Below are positions 47,664 to 57,411 of a stretch of DNA of 64,000 nt, in pieces. Origin of the DNA: a virus; IMG/VR virus record IMGVR_UViG_3300042878_001497, positions 32,001 through 96,000 of that record; one strand, written 5' to 3'. Every line of letters begins with the position of its first letter. Positions within the stretch are counted from its first letter, which is position 1. The position numbers and the translations under genes are program-made. The notes under the pieces are model-generated. The model saw only the letters and a program-made list of their open reading frames with translations, had not been told where the DNA came from and did no database searches.

Positions 47664-49454
47664 ATGGCTATATTTTTTCCTGACATTCTAGAAAATAACA
47701 ACACTAACTACCCGTTAGTTGATGCTACTTCTTTAAAAGGAACTGCATACCCTCTAGCTTCTATTAACAATACTGGAAGTATACCTTCCGATAAGAGGAA
47801 TGTGGGTACGATAGTATTTGATTCTGGATCCGGTAAGTTTTACGGGTTTAAAGGAAGCAGTGTATCTAACTGGAATACTGGTTCTAACTGGATAGAGTTT
47901 GGAAGTGGAAGCGGTGGCGGCACTACTGTAAATCATTTATTTGATAGATGTATTGTTAACGGCTTTACGTACGATGGATACAACGCAGGTATTCTTAATC
48001 TCCAATTTGTTCCTACAGGCAGTACTTTAAATGGCCTGTTCGGTGAAAATCTAGCCTACAAAGTTGGAGATAAAATGATAGTCTACGTAGATGATAAAAA
48101 CTATATTAAGGGTACAGTTAACCAAGTTCCAGGAGGCTTTGGAGTAGGTTCAATTAACGTATTGGTTAACGCAGTTATTGGAACTACTGCGTCTGATGAC
48201 TACTGTATAACATTAGATTTAACTAGAGATTCCTACGTTTATGCTACCCAAACAGGTTCATTCCTATACAGCGGTTCTTACAACAGTACAACTTCCGCAT
48301 TAACATTACATAGTAGTACCAATACCTACAACCTAGACCTATCCGGACTTGCCGGAGGTGGTGGTGGTGGTTTCGCTATCACAGCATCTAATGAAGGTAC
48401 TGTGTTAACTGAGAATGCAAGAACCTTTGATTTCGTAGGTAATGCTGTTACTGCTACTAACGTAGGGTCAGCCGTAACTGTTACAATCAATACAGGATCT
48501 ACATCAGCAACAGACATTACAGCTCTTAACAACTTTACAGGCTCAGCTCAAACAAGCATTACCGGATTAAATACTTTCTCAGGCTCAGCTCAAACAAGCA
48601 TTACCGGATTAAATATTTTCTCAGGCTCAGCTCAAATAAGTATTAATGCATTAAATAGCTTCTCAGGCTCAGCCAACACTAGACTTGGTAGCTTAGAAGC
48701 TGCTACAGGTTCTTACGTTACAAATGCTAGGACAGGTTCATTCTACTACTCGTCTTCAATAAGCAGCAACGTCATTACTTTCAACCAAGGAGACGGAACT
48801 ACAGAAAGTATTACTCTAGTATCTGTACCTAGTGCTTCGTTTGCTCCTAATTTATATAATTCAGACGGTACTTTAACAGCAGCAAGAGAAGTTAACCTTA
48901 GTACTAATGCTCTAAAATTTAATAATACTAACGCTTTCTTTACTGTTAGTGGATCTGATAGAGTAACTTTTAATAACCTCAGTGAAGCTAATTATGGGTA
49001 TGTTGCAGGGTATGACTTAACCGGTATTTCAGGCACACAAGGTCTATTAGGTTACGTAACTGCTTCAAAACTTACAGTAGCTAGTGCTTCACATGCTCCT
49101 AACCTCTACAATTCAAACGGAACATTAACAGGAGATAGAGTTATCACACTCGGAGCTAATAATGAGCTTAGAATACAGCCTGGAACAGGTGCAAGTGAGT
49201 TTAGAATCTCAGACGGTCCTTCAGGTGGACCATTTATCTACGAAGTAGTTGTTAACGGAGCTGGATCGCTTAGAGTTAATAGCCCGGATAGTGCTAGCTT
49301 TGCAACTGATATATTCATAACCTTAGGAAAGGTACTTACACTTCAGCCAACTTCTGTACTTCCGATAGGAGCACCTGTAGGCTCATTTGCAGTATCCAGC
49401 AGTGTTCCTCCTAGACCTTATATGTGGGATGGAACTACTTGGTATGCTCTTTAA
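47664..49454 (+). CDS. Putative tail fibre protein
   Basis: Ser/Gly/Thr-rich; 14-aa repeats; duplicated APNLYNS.GTLT module. Confidence 0.65.
   Translation: MAIFFPDILENNNTNYPLVDATSLKGTAYPLASINNTGSIPSDKRNVGTIVFDSGSGKFYGFKGSSVSNWNTGSNWIEFGSGSGGGTTVNHLFDRCIVNGFTYDGYNAGILNLQFVPTGSTLNGLFGENLAYKVGDKMIVYVDDKNYIKGTVNQVPGGFGVGSINVLVNAVIGTTASDDYCITLDLTRDSYVYATQTGSFLYSGSYNSTTSALTLHSSTNTYNLDLSGLAGGGGGGFAITASNEGTVLTENARTFDFVGNAVTATNVGSAVTVTINTGSTSATDITALNNFTGSAQTSITGLNTFSGSAQTSITGLNIFSGSAQISINALNSFSGSANTRLGSLEAATGSYVTNARTGSFYYSSSISSNVITFNQGDGTTESITLVSVPSASFAPNLYNSDGTLTAAREVNLSTNALKFNNTNAFFTVSGSDRVTFNNLSEANYGYVAGYDLTGISGTQGLLGYVTASKLTVASASHAPNLYNSNGTLTGDRVITLGANNELRIQPGTGASEFRISDGPSGGPFIYEVVVNGAGSLRVNSPDSASFATDIFITLGKVLTLQPTSVLPIGAPVGSFAVSSSVPPRPYMWDGTTWYAL
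48538..48672 (+). repeat. 42-nt coding tandem repeat (~3 copies)
   Basis: CAGGCTCAGCTCAAACAAGCATTACCGGATTAAATA.TTTCT units encoding GSAQTSITGLN.FS. Confidence 0.85.
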
Positions 49455-49514
49455 AAAAAAGTTTGAACGAAAAGTAAATCTTTATATATTTATATAAAAT
49501 AAAAAGTCAAAACT

Positions 49515-49811
49515 ATGTTAAAACGTTTTTGGAATTGGTTGTTAGGTAAGACTACTATTGACGAGAAGATTGTTGAGAAAGTCGAGCAAGTTCAAGAGAG
49601 AGTTGAAAGAGTAAAGGAAGAAGTAAAAGATGTAGTTGCCGCTGCAAAAGAGGTAGCTAAACAAGCTTCTGACGTTGCTGAAGCTGCTGCAGGTAAGCCA
49701 CGCCGTGGTCGTAAACCAGTTGCAAAAAAAAATGCTCCTGCAGAGACTGCAGCTGTAGCTAAGCCTGCTCCTAAGAGAACTGCTACTAAAGGTCGCAAAG
49801 CTAGTAAGTAG
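49515..49811 (+). CDS. Hypothetical protein with Lys/Ala-rich histone-like tail
   Basis: Coiled coil then KPRRGRKP...KPAPKR. Confidence 0.65.
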   Translation: MLKRFWNWLLGKTTIDEKIVEKVEQVQERVERVKEEVKDVVAAAKEVAKQASDVAEAAAGKPRRGRKPVAKKNAPAETAAVAKPAPKRTATKGRKASK

Positions 49812-50053
49812 TGAATCAGAACTTAAATGTAAGTCTGGATCAAACCCTTCCGGTAGAGTGTGAGAAGTGCGGAGGTATTTACTTCGAGCAGGCACTACAC
49901 ATCCGCAAGGTATCAGGGCTACTAACCGGCACAGGTCAAACATCCTACCTCCCAATCCCAGTCTTTGCATGCAAGTCATGCGGACACGTCAATACAGAGT
50001 TCTTGCCTAAAGAACTAAAAGACCTGGGGGGAGATGAAAGCAGTACAGATTAG
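49811..50053 (+). CDS. Zinc-ribbon protein
   Basis: CEKC...CKSCGH. Confidence 0.7.
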   Translation: MNQNLNVSLDQTLPVECEKCGGIYFEQALHIRKVSGLLTGTGQTSYLPIPVFACKSCGHVNTEFLPKELKDLGGDESSTD

Positions 50054-50156
50054 CGTTCACTTCAACGAGCCGGTATGGATGTACGATGGAATGCAAGAAT
50101 CCATCTACAACGACCACTCTGAAGAAGAAGAGTAAGCGTAAGGTATACTTTAATTA

Positions 50157-50182
50157 GGAAAGGGACTTCTGGTCCCTCTTCC
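50157..50182 (+). terminator. Intrinsic terminator-like hairpin
   Basis: GGAAAGGGAC-TTCTG-GTCCCTCTTCC. Confidence 0.6.
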
Positions 50183-50251
50183 TGTTTATATTTATAATGG
50201 AATTGTTGTAGGTAATTGTTTTTGGAATTTAAACATAACTTACGACCCTCT

Positions 50252-52186
50252 ATGAAAAAAATCTTTGTAGTACTCGCTGCAATTTTAGGATTAACAGCTC
50301 AAGCACAGAATGGTGCTAATGAGATCCTACCAGCTCCTAACTCATCTACTCCTTACATTCTAGTAGATACTTTGTTTACTCTGGCTAATCACCCGGCCAC
50401 CTACACCGATATCTACGTACACTTTGCTAACCCAACTGCAACACCAGTTAAAGCTGTCCAGTTTAGATTGTTTTACGACAATACTAAATTCTCTGGAGCT
50501 ACCATGTTCTGGGGTCCAACAGCACAGTCGGTATCAGATAAGTACGGATCTTACTTCGATGTAAATGCTAGCGGGTATATCAACGTTGTAGCAACTTACA
50601 CCGGTACCAATACTTCCTATGACTGGAATGATGGTGCGATGTTTAAGTTAAGACTTAATCACGGATCTAACTACAAAGGAGTTACTAACTCAATGGCCAT
50701 CACAGGAGCCAGCTCCTACACCAACCTTGCAACAGTTGGTAGCGGTACCGACGTTACTCTAACCTTATTCAACTACGGAGGTGCATTCCAAATGACTCCG
50801 ATGACTTTCCCAGTCAGAGCTAAGAACGCAGACGGATCACCAGCTCAAGGAGTTTGGTTCTCAGCTGCAAAGAGACTCAAGTCAACTCCTCTTGCAACTT
50901 GGCAGCCAATCTCTTCTGATTCAACTAATGCAGCAGGTCTAGTAGAGTTTACTCACCCTCTTGATACAAACTACTGGCATCTTAAGATCGCTGCTCAGAC
51001 TGACTCAATGTCTGACGGTGGTGCAATCTCAATCACAGACGCCTATAAATTAGCCAACCACGTTACCGGCCAAGATACTTTAGCAGGTATAGAGTGGTAC
51101 GAAGGTGATATCAACCAATCACAGACAGTAACTATCTCTGACGGCTTTGCCGTATTCAATAGATTAGCTCTTCAGTCAACTACCTGGAGTGGATTATTTA
51201 CAGGAGTAAACAACGTTGCAACATTATGGCCTGGTGAGTACGATCCTGCAACTCTAGCTACCGGAGCTCCTAACTGGGCTACTACTCCTAGAAGATACGC
51301 AATCGATACTATTGTTAATAGTCTAGACTCAATCAATCCTTACATCTACGTAGTTGGTGACGCTACAACAACCGGCTACAACAATCCAGCAACAATCCTT
51401 GCTAAGATCAACCCAGCCGGAGGCGGTATCACAGAATACGTTCTAGACCCAGCAGTCTATATGTCAAACAAGCCTGACACAGTTCAGTTTAGATTCCCTA
51501 AGCTAGTACTTACTGCAGACAACTTCGTTGACGTTCCAGTTACTATGTACACATTCGGTAACAAGATTGGAGCAGCTCAGATGGGCTTTGAATACGACAC
51601 CAACATCTTTGAGTTCATCTCAATCGAAGCAGGACCAGTAGCAGCTAAATGGACCAGTCTTATTAGTGTAGAGAAAGGCAGAGTGTTCTGGGCCGGTCAC
51701 GAAGATAAGATGAACCCTGCAGTGCTAGAAGCAATGAGCAATGCATTTACATTCCGCTTTAGAGTTAAATCAATCCTAGGATGGACTTCAGCTCCTCTAA
51801 GAATCTTCGACAAAGCAGCTGGTAACGAAAAAGCAGATGACCTATCAGTTAAGCCTTCTCTTAACGATGGTTCGATCATCAACGGAAGAGCTACTCTAGA
51901 TCCTATTACAACGGAGAAGATCTACGGCTTCCACGTATACCCTAACCCAGTATCGGATATGACCGGTGGATGGGCTATAGCAGAATTCTACACAGAAGAT
52001 AAGCAGCCTCTAACTATGGTGATTGCAAACATGCAAGGTCAAATCCTAAAGGCTGAAAAAATTAATCAAACAGATCTAGGCTTCCAATACAAAGGAATCT
52101 ACCTGGGTGATTTACCAAAAGGTACTTACTTCGTAAGACTGGTTATGAACGACAGAGATAAAGTTTACAAATTAATTAAATTCTAA
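50252..52186 (+). CDS. Secreted cohesin-like/dockerin-like protein with T9SS type A sorting domain
   Basis: Signal peptide; cohesin-like AVQFRLFYDNTKF and VDVPV...AAQMGFEYDTNIFEF; dockerin-like GDINQSQTVTISD; YPNP...LPKGTYFVRL. Confidence 0.72.
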   Translation: MKKIFVVLAAILGLTAQAQNGANEILPAPNSSTPYILVDTLFTLANHPATYTDIYVHFANPTATPVKAVQFRLFYDNTKFSGATMFWGPTAQSVSDKYGSYFDVNASGYINVVATYTGTNTSYDWNDGAMFKLRLNHGSNYKGVTNSMAITGASSYTNLATVGSGTDVTLTLFNYGGAFQMTPMTFPVRAKNADGSPAQGVWFSAAKRLKSTPLATWQPISSDSTNAAGLVEFTHPLDTNYWHLKIAAQTDSMSDGGAISITDAYKLANHVTGQDTLAGIEWYEGDINQSQTVTISDGFAVFNRLALQSTTWSGLFTGVNNVATLWPGEYDPATLATGAPNWATTPRRYAIDTIVNSLDSINPYIYVVGDATTTGYNNPATILAKINPAGGGITEYVLDPAVYMSNKPDTVQFRFPKLVLTADNFVDVPVTMYTFGNKIGAAQMGFEYDTNIFEFISIEAGPVAAKWTSLISVEKGRVFWAGHEDKMNPAVLEAMSNAFTFRFRVKSILGWTSAPLRIFDKAAGNEKADDLSVKPSLNDGSIINGRATLDPITTEKIYGFHVYPNPVSDMTGGWAIAEFYTEDKQPLTMVIANMQGQILKAEKINQTDLGFQYKGIYLGDLPKGTYFVRLVMNDRDKVYKLIKF

Positions 52187-52191
52187 AAGTC

Positions 52192-52572
52192 ATGAGTGAA
52201 GAACAAGAAGGCGGAATGTCTAGCGTAAAGAAGACAGTCCTAGGAGTATTAGGTACAGCTGTAACAGGTATTGGTATCTGGGCTACTACTCACATTAATA
52301 GCTTGTTAGGTATTGAGGATGAAGAGGAGACTAAAACTGAGCAGGTAGCTCCTGCCCCGGCTCCAGTTATCGTTAACCTTGAGAACAACAATACCCAGCA
52401 GCAGAACAACTCCGGTGGTGGTACTACTATCATCAAAGAGACTGTTCGTGAAGTACCAGCTCAAGCAGCAGCACCAGCTCCAGCAGCTCCAGCTGAAGAG
52501 AAGAAAGAAACTCCAGCCGAAAGAATGGCTCGCCTTAAAAAGCAGAGAGAAGACCAGAACGCCGGTAAGTAA
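52192..52572 (+). CDS. Single-TM membrane protein with low-complexity linker
   Basis: TM helix followed by N/Q/P/A-rich region. Confidence 0.65.
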   Translation: MSEEQEGGMSSVKKTVLGVLGTAVTGIGIWATTHINSLLGIEDEEETKTEQVAPAPAPVIVNLENNNTQQQNNSGGGTTIIKETVREVPAQAAAPAPAAPAEEKKETPAERMARLKKQREDQNAGK

Positions 52573-53312
52573 TGAGAACTAGAAGAGACGAGATTATGGA
52601 AAAGATTTTCGCTCCTATAGGGGTACTTCTGGTTGTAGGTGGAATGTTAGTTGTAGGTACGTTAGCGACCTCATGTAAATCTTCTGTAGGTGTACAACAG
52701 TATACAGCCGAGTTTGAGAAAGCAGAAGCTCTAAATACTCTTCCAGCCTTTACCGGTCAGAAGCAGGTAGTGCAGCTATCTAAGCTTAATGTCAATAAAG
52801 AGCTTTGGGATATGTTCCCTGAGTTAAGAGACAAGAGAGTGGGTATGGGTGTATCGAATAGAATCATTGAGAACTTCGAACAGACCGGTCGCTTTACTTA
52901 CGCTGAAGAGAAAGAAGCAATTCAGAATCAGATGCTTGATGCTTGGGAGACTGAACTAAACGGACTTTCAAATGGCAAGACTCAACTTACAATGGAAGGC
53001 ATTGCCGTTCCTAAGTATGTTGTGTATGCTGAGATCTATGACTTCTCTGTATCATATGCTGAGACTTACGATAAAGGTAAAACAAATAAGACCAATACTA
53101 CTATCATCGGCATTCAGATCCGAATGGTAAATGTGGATAACGGACAGTATATTGTGGCTTCAGGTCAAGGAACTTCAACCCAAGTTGGTGAGGGCTTCTT
53201 TAAGAATCCTCAGATGGGGTTTGATGGTTCAACAGTTGGCGTTGCTACACAACGTGCGTTAGAGGTTGCGACTGTAAACCTCGTCAAGCGCATGGAGCAG
53301 TATGGATGGTAA
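52572..53312 (+). CDS. CsgG/HfaB-like outer-membrane lipoprotein
   Basis: Lipobox-like ATSC; GMGV...TGRF..; IQIRMVNVDNGQYIVASGQG; ATQRALE. Confidence 0.72.
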   Translation: MRTRRDEIMEKIFAPIGVLLVVGGMLVVGTLATSCKSSVGVQQYTAEFEKAEALNTLPAFTGQKQVVQLSKLNVNKELWDMFPELRDKRVGMGVSNRIIENFEQTGRFTYAEEKEAIQNQMLDAWETELNGLSNGKTQLTMEGIAVPKYVVYAEIYDFSVSYAETYDKGKTNKTNTTIIGIQIRMVNVDNGQYIVASGQGTSTQVGEGFFKNPQMGFDGSTVGVATQRALEVATVNLVKRMEQYGW

Positions 53313-54849
53313 ATGGAAAATAGCGTTAATATTTCTAATTGCATGGTTCAAAGGGTATAGTCAGTATATCTATACCTACACCGATCCTTGCACAGGAATA
53401 CTTAACTCTGTTACCATTACCCAGCCATCAGGCTCTGTAACGCTCTTTTATGCCGGACAATACAATACTTTTACAGCAGCCCAGCTACAGGCCGGAGCCT
53501 TCGAGCTTTGGGTACAAAGTGTTAATGCAAGTGTGCCTGCAGGAAGTAACCCCTGCGCTGGAGGCGGGGGTACTATCACAACAGGATCAAATGCAGCTAT
53601 TGGCACTAATACGGTCAATAACGTATCAGGCATAGTTAGTATCGCCGCCAGTCTAGGCGGGAACATAGGATCATCCGCTATTCCGGGCGGAGGTGTAGCA
53701 GGTGGTGGAACTTCAAATACAAATAATAATGACAATGGTTCGAATTCTTCTGGTAGCAGCTCTAGTAGTTCTGGGAATGGCGGTAGTAGTTCTGGGTCTA
53801 GCTCCGGTAGCTCCGGAACAGGCTCTACAGGCAGTGGAGGGAGCACTGGTGGGAGTGGCGGTAGCGGTAGTACTGGTGGCGGTGGCTCTGGCTCGGGTTC
53901 TGGCGGAGGTTCCGGAGGAGGTTCAGGAACTGGAGGCTCTGGTTCTTCAGGCGGCTCAGGCTCAGGCGGTTCGGGATCGGGTGGTTCGGGATCAGGTCAA
54001 CCTTCCTCCGGTCAGGGTGAAGGCGGAGGAGGATCTATTCCATCTTCAGGAGGAGGAGGCTCGACTGAGGGCGGTGGTACGGAATCAGGAGCAGTCGGTG
54101 GGCAAGAAAACACAACCTCAGCATCAGGTGGGGAGTCTGAAAGCTCGTCAAATGGCAATGGTGGTGGTAAAAGCGGCGGCGGAGGTCAAAAGCAAAAAAG
54201 CAGGCAAGAGAAAGTAGGTAGAGGAGCTCTCATAGGCTCCGGTGACTTTGTCGCCATCAGAAACTCCGGCAACATCAGGGACACGGGTCAGGATAATTTT
54301 AGGTTCAACTCCTCCATCACCCATGTCAATACCAAGCAAAACTTTATCAAAGGAGTTAATCTGAATTACACTACCGGTGAGAATGTTCTGAATACTACTC
54401 TATATGGTTCTTATAAAGCTAAAGGGTTTATGGGGGTATTCTCCAATTCGGTGATGACTAACTTTAAGACCGATTGGTTTAATACAACCACAGCTCTAGC
54501 AGCTCAAAAAGCAGGACCTGCTACAATGATGTTGGGTACTAATTTTACTGCCGGGCAGCTGGGGAAGAGCTGGTTCCGGAACTGGTCCATAGTCGGAGGA
54601 GGATTTACAAACTTTAAAGGAGGAAAATCAATAGGTGGAAACGTAATGCTGTTGGGCGTATATTCACCTTATATCTTCTACTACCAAGGTCAGTGGTACA
54701 GTTCAGGAATGCTACTAGTACCTCTAGCTAACATAGATTTTAAATTAACTGATAAGTTCAAATGGAGTATTTCATTCTCAGGAGCTTATCAATGGAATGC
54801 AGAAATACTTAATTACCAGATATCAACAGGAACAAAAATACTGTTATGA
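53302..54849 (+). CDS. Secreted protein with long Gly/Ser linker and C-terminal beta-barrel-like domain
   Basis: Signal peptide; ~170-aa G/S tract; amphipathic beta strands to the C-terminus. Confidence 0.65.
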   Translation: MDGKWKIALIFLIAWFKGYSQYIYTYTDPCTGILNSVTITQPSGSVTLFYAGQYNTFTAAQLQAGAFELWVQSVNASVPAGSNPCAGGGGTITTGSNAAIGTNTVNNVSGIVSIAASLGGNIGSSAIPGGGVAGGGTSNTNNNDNGSNSSGSSSSSSGNGGSSSGSSSGSSGTGSTGSGGSTGGSGGSGSTGGGGSGSGSGGGSGGGSGTGGSGSSGGSGSGGSGSGGSGSGQPSSGQGEGGGGSIPSSGGGGSTEGGGTESGAVGGQENTTSASGGESESSSNGNGGGKSGGGGQKQKSRQEKVGRGALIGSGDFVAIRNSGNIRDTGQDNFRFNSSITHVNTKQNFIKGVNLNYTTGENVLNTTLYGSYKAKGFMGVFSNSVMTNFKTDWFNTTTALAAQKAGPATMMLGTNFTAGQLGKSWFRNWSIVGGGFTNFKGGKSIGGNVMLLGVYSPYIFYYQGQWYSSGMLLVPLANIDFKLTDKFKWSISFSGAYQWNAEILNYQISTGTKILL

Positions 54850-55664
54850 AAAAATTTTTACTACTCATCTTAATACCTTTCAATGTCTTTGCCCAGACTA
54901 CCCAAGAGGGCTCTGAATCAGTCTCGGAGTGGACTTCAATTCAGTACGTTGATCTTGATAACGACATCATTAGTAGTTCAAGCCTATCCTTCGGGTTCCT
55001 AGGTCAGTTTAGTATCTTCAGCTATAATCTCGCCTACCAGCTTAAGAATAAGAATCACACCAACGGGTTCTTCCTTTCAAGGACTCCTTCATTTAATTTT
55101 ACTAAGTTCGGCTACAACTACATCAGAGAGAAAGAATTCCCTAACGGCCTGCTTAGAACCAACACATACAGCCTCACGATAGGAGGGAGTGATGTAGGAG
55201 TGAATACAATTTCAGTTACTCCTTTCCTTAATCAGACTTACCAGAAGAGTAGCTACAAGCTAGGGTACACTTTGTTTGTGAAGGATAATAGCTGGGACGG
55301 GTTTCAATTCCTTGATACTTACATCCCGGCAGGCTTCCAGACTAAGTTCAGTGTCATGCTCTTAGGAATGAAAGAGTTTCAAGCAGGAAGATGGGTGGCA
55401 AGACCTGAGATCTTTATGTTGTCATCTCTTAGAACCCACTTTAAACATTTAGAGGACTCGGAAGATTATTTAGATATCTGGTTTTGGAATAGAACTAACT
55501 TGACTACTTACTTCGGTACTACTATTCAATACAATGTTACTGATGTATTTGCATTTGCTACGAAGTTTAGAACTAGTTATACTTATGATATATCTGATAT
55601 AGAGAATGGATACAGCAAAACCACGCCTTATATCGTTTCAATAGGCGCTAATTATGACTTCTAA
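54846..55664 (+). CDS. Putative outer-membrane beta-barrel protein
   Basis: Signal peptide; aromatic-rich strands; terminal GANYDF beta-signal-like motif. Confidence 0.65.
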   Translation: MKKFLLLILIPFNVFAQTTQEGSESVSEWTSIQYVDLDNDIISSSSLSFGFLGQFSIFSYNLAYQLKNKNHTNGFFLSRTPSFNFTKFGYNYIREKEFPNGLLRTNTYSLTIGGSDVGVNTISVTPFLNQTYQKSSYKLGYTLFVKDNSWDGFQFLDTYIPAGFQTKFSVMLLGMKEFQAGRWVARPEIFMLSSLRTHFKHLEDSEDYLDIWFWNRTNLTTYFGTTIQYNVTDVFAFATKFRTSYTYDISDIENGYSKTTPYIVSIGANYDF

Positions 55665-56649
55665 GGTTCTTATCACTTCAGCTTTTGTATTCCTGGTACA
55701 GTTACTAGGTCTCTCTCAGACCTTTACTCACTCGGGTGCTATAAGGACCGAAGGCAATATAGGAGTTCCAGGAGTAACAGTCAACCTTTATAAAAGAGTC
55801 ACCCCAGTCATTACAGGTTTTACAAATCAGCAGAACTACAACGGTCATTCCTACTACAGGTCAACAGGTTCAGCATTTTGGTCAGCAGCCAAAGCTGCCT
55901 GTGACAACATGGGTGGACATCTAGTAACAGTCACCACGCAGGCTGAAAATAACTTTATATTTGGGTTATGGCCATCGGGTTGGATAGGATTAACCGATGA
56001 AGTAAATGAAGGAGTATGGAGATGGGTTACCGGTGAAGCTTACTCTTACACTTCTTGGAACCCTGGAGAGCCAAACAACGCAGGTAATGAAGACTACGTT
56101 CAGTTTGTCGGTAATGGAAAATGGAATGACCTACCTAACAATGTAAACTTGCCCTATGTTTTAGAGTTTGAATACATAGTTACTACTACTGCCTGGACTA
56201 TTCAAGCCACATCAGTCACTAATTTAAATGGGCAGTATTCTTTCTCCCAACCCACCAATCCTTCCGTTGAGTGGTATATCGAAGTAGTAGTTCCTACTGT
56301 AACTTCTAATCTTACTTCTGCAGATTTTGAAGGAGTGGGTGATGTTGTAACTCAGAAAGTTACCTTAAGACCCTTCCACTATCACAAGTACGATTTAAAC
56401 CTTGAAGGAAAGATTACTACTGCCGATATTTGCATTATAGCTGATAGAATTAACGGAGCACCTTTTACTAAAAGCACATTGCTTTTTACAAATGCTCAAT
56501 GGACTAGCCTTAATAGCGGTTCTTCAAACCTAATGGGTTCAATACCTGGCTTGCAATCTAACTTTACCTTTACTCCTACTTCAGGAGGTATAAGCAACTT
56601 CTATTTATTATCGCCTGGATACTCTAACCAAGCCACGTTACAATACTAA
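55654..56649 (+). CDS. Secreted C-type lectin protein with dockerin-like C-terminal region
   Basis: WSAAKAAC..MGGHL, WIGLTD...EG.W.W, W.PGEPNN, WNDL; YDLNLEGKITTAD. Confidence 0.8.
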   Translation: MTSKVLITSAFVFLVQLLGLSQTFTHSGAIRTEGNIGVPGVTVNLYKRVTPVITGFTNQQNYNGHSYYRSTGSAFWSAAKAACDNMGGHLVTVTTQAENNFIFGLWPSGWIGLTDEVNEGVWRWVTGEAYSYTSWNPGEPNNAGNEDYVQFVGNGKWNDLPNNVNLPYVLEFEYIVTTTAWTIQATSVTNLNGQYSFSQPTNPSVEWYIEVVVPTVTSNLTSADFEGVGDVVTQKVTLRPFHYHKYDLNLEGKITTADICIIADRINGAPFTKSTLLFTNAQWTSLNSGSSNLMGSIPGLQSNFTFTPTSGGISNFYLLSPGYSNQATLQY

Positions 56650-56658
56650 GTCAATATC

Positions 56659-57081
56659 ATGATCAATCCAATCCTTACTATGTGCTTTTACGTCGCTACG
56701 GTGACTTCAAATGCCAACCTTGCCGGTATCGACAATCAAAAATTTACTTTCGGACTAAGACAAATCACCGAGGACGTTCTCAATGAAAGAGGAAATCCTT
56801 TATGCCCGGAAAGCGATCTTAATGCAAGTCCGATCTACGTTACAGTAACTGAAATTAAAGCTCCTACTCAAGGAATTAGAATCGGACCTTTTGAATTCAA
56901 ACAAAAGAAAACAATCGTTGAGGTAGATATTGCAATCGGTTCATCAGTCTATCACGGAGTAGGAAAAGCTAATACAAACGTTGCTGCTACATTAATGCAG
57001 CTGCAAGATGAAAATCTTCCTTTCGAAAGAACAGAATTTTCAGTAGCTGTTAAAAAAGCTATTGTGGATGCCCTAGACTAG
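56659..57081 (+). CDS. Hypothetical protein (possible small CsgG-fold partner)
   Basis: FGLRQITEDVL...FSVAVKKAI helices flanking beta strands. Confidence 0.6.
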   Translation: MINPILTMCFYVATVTSNANLAGIDNQKFTFGLRQITEDVLNERGNPLCPESDLNASPIYVTVTEIKAPTQGIRIGPFEFKQKKTIVEVDIAIGSSVYHGVGKANTNVAATLMQLQDENLPFERTEFSVAVKKAIVDALD

Positions 57082-57158
57082 GTCTATTTATACCAAAGGG
57101 TTGCCGTCAATTGTTTTCTTAATCAGTTCTATAAGTTAAACTTTTTAAATAACAATTT

Positions 57159-57401
57159 ATGGCATTTTGGGACATTTTTAAAGATAAAAATGACTTCAAC
57201 GAGAAAACAATCGTTGGCTTTTTATCATTCTCGGTGATGGCTATCTTCGCTGGAGCTGACATCGTTACAGGTATTTTAGGTAACCAACTGGTAATCAGTG
57301 ATACTATCTTCAATTCATTTGTAATGATCACTCTAGGTGCATTTGGTATCGCCGAAGCAGGAAAGATCTTCGGAGGAAAGAAAGAAGAAAATAACGATTA
57401 A
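57159..57401 (+). CDS. Two-TM membrane protein (holin-like)
   Basis: Two TM helices, charged tail, upstream of endolysin. Confidence 0.6.
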   Translation: MAFWDIFKDKNDFNEKTIVGFLSFSVMAIFAGADIVTGILGNQLVISDTIFNSFVMITLGAFGIAEAGKIFGGKKEENND

Positions 57402-57411
57402 AAATTAAACT

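Noticed and set aside
53702-54217. Alternative-frame 171-aa ORF and other minus-strand ORFs in the track
   Set aside because: Shadows of low-complexity or well-supported plus-strand genes, with no motifs of their own
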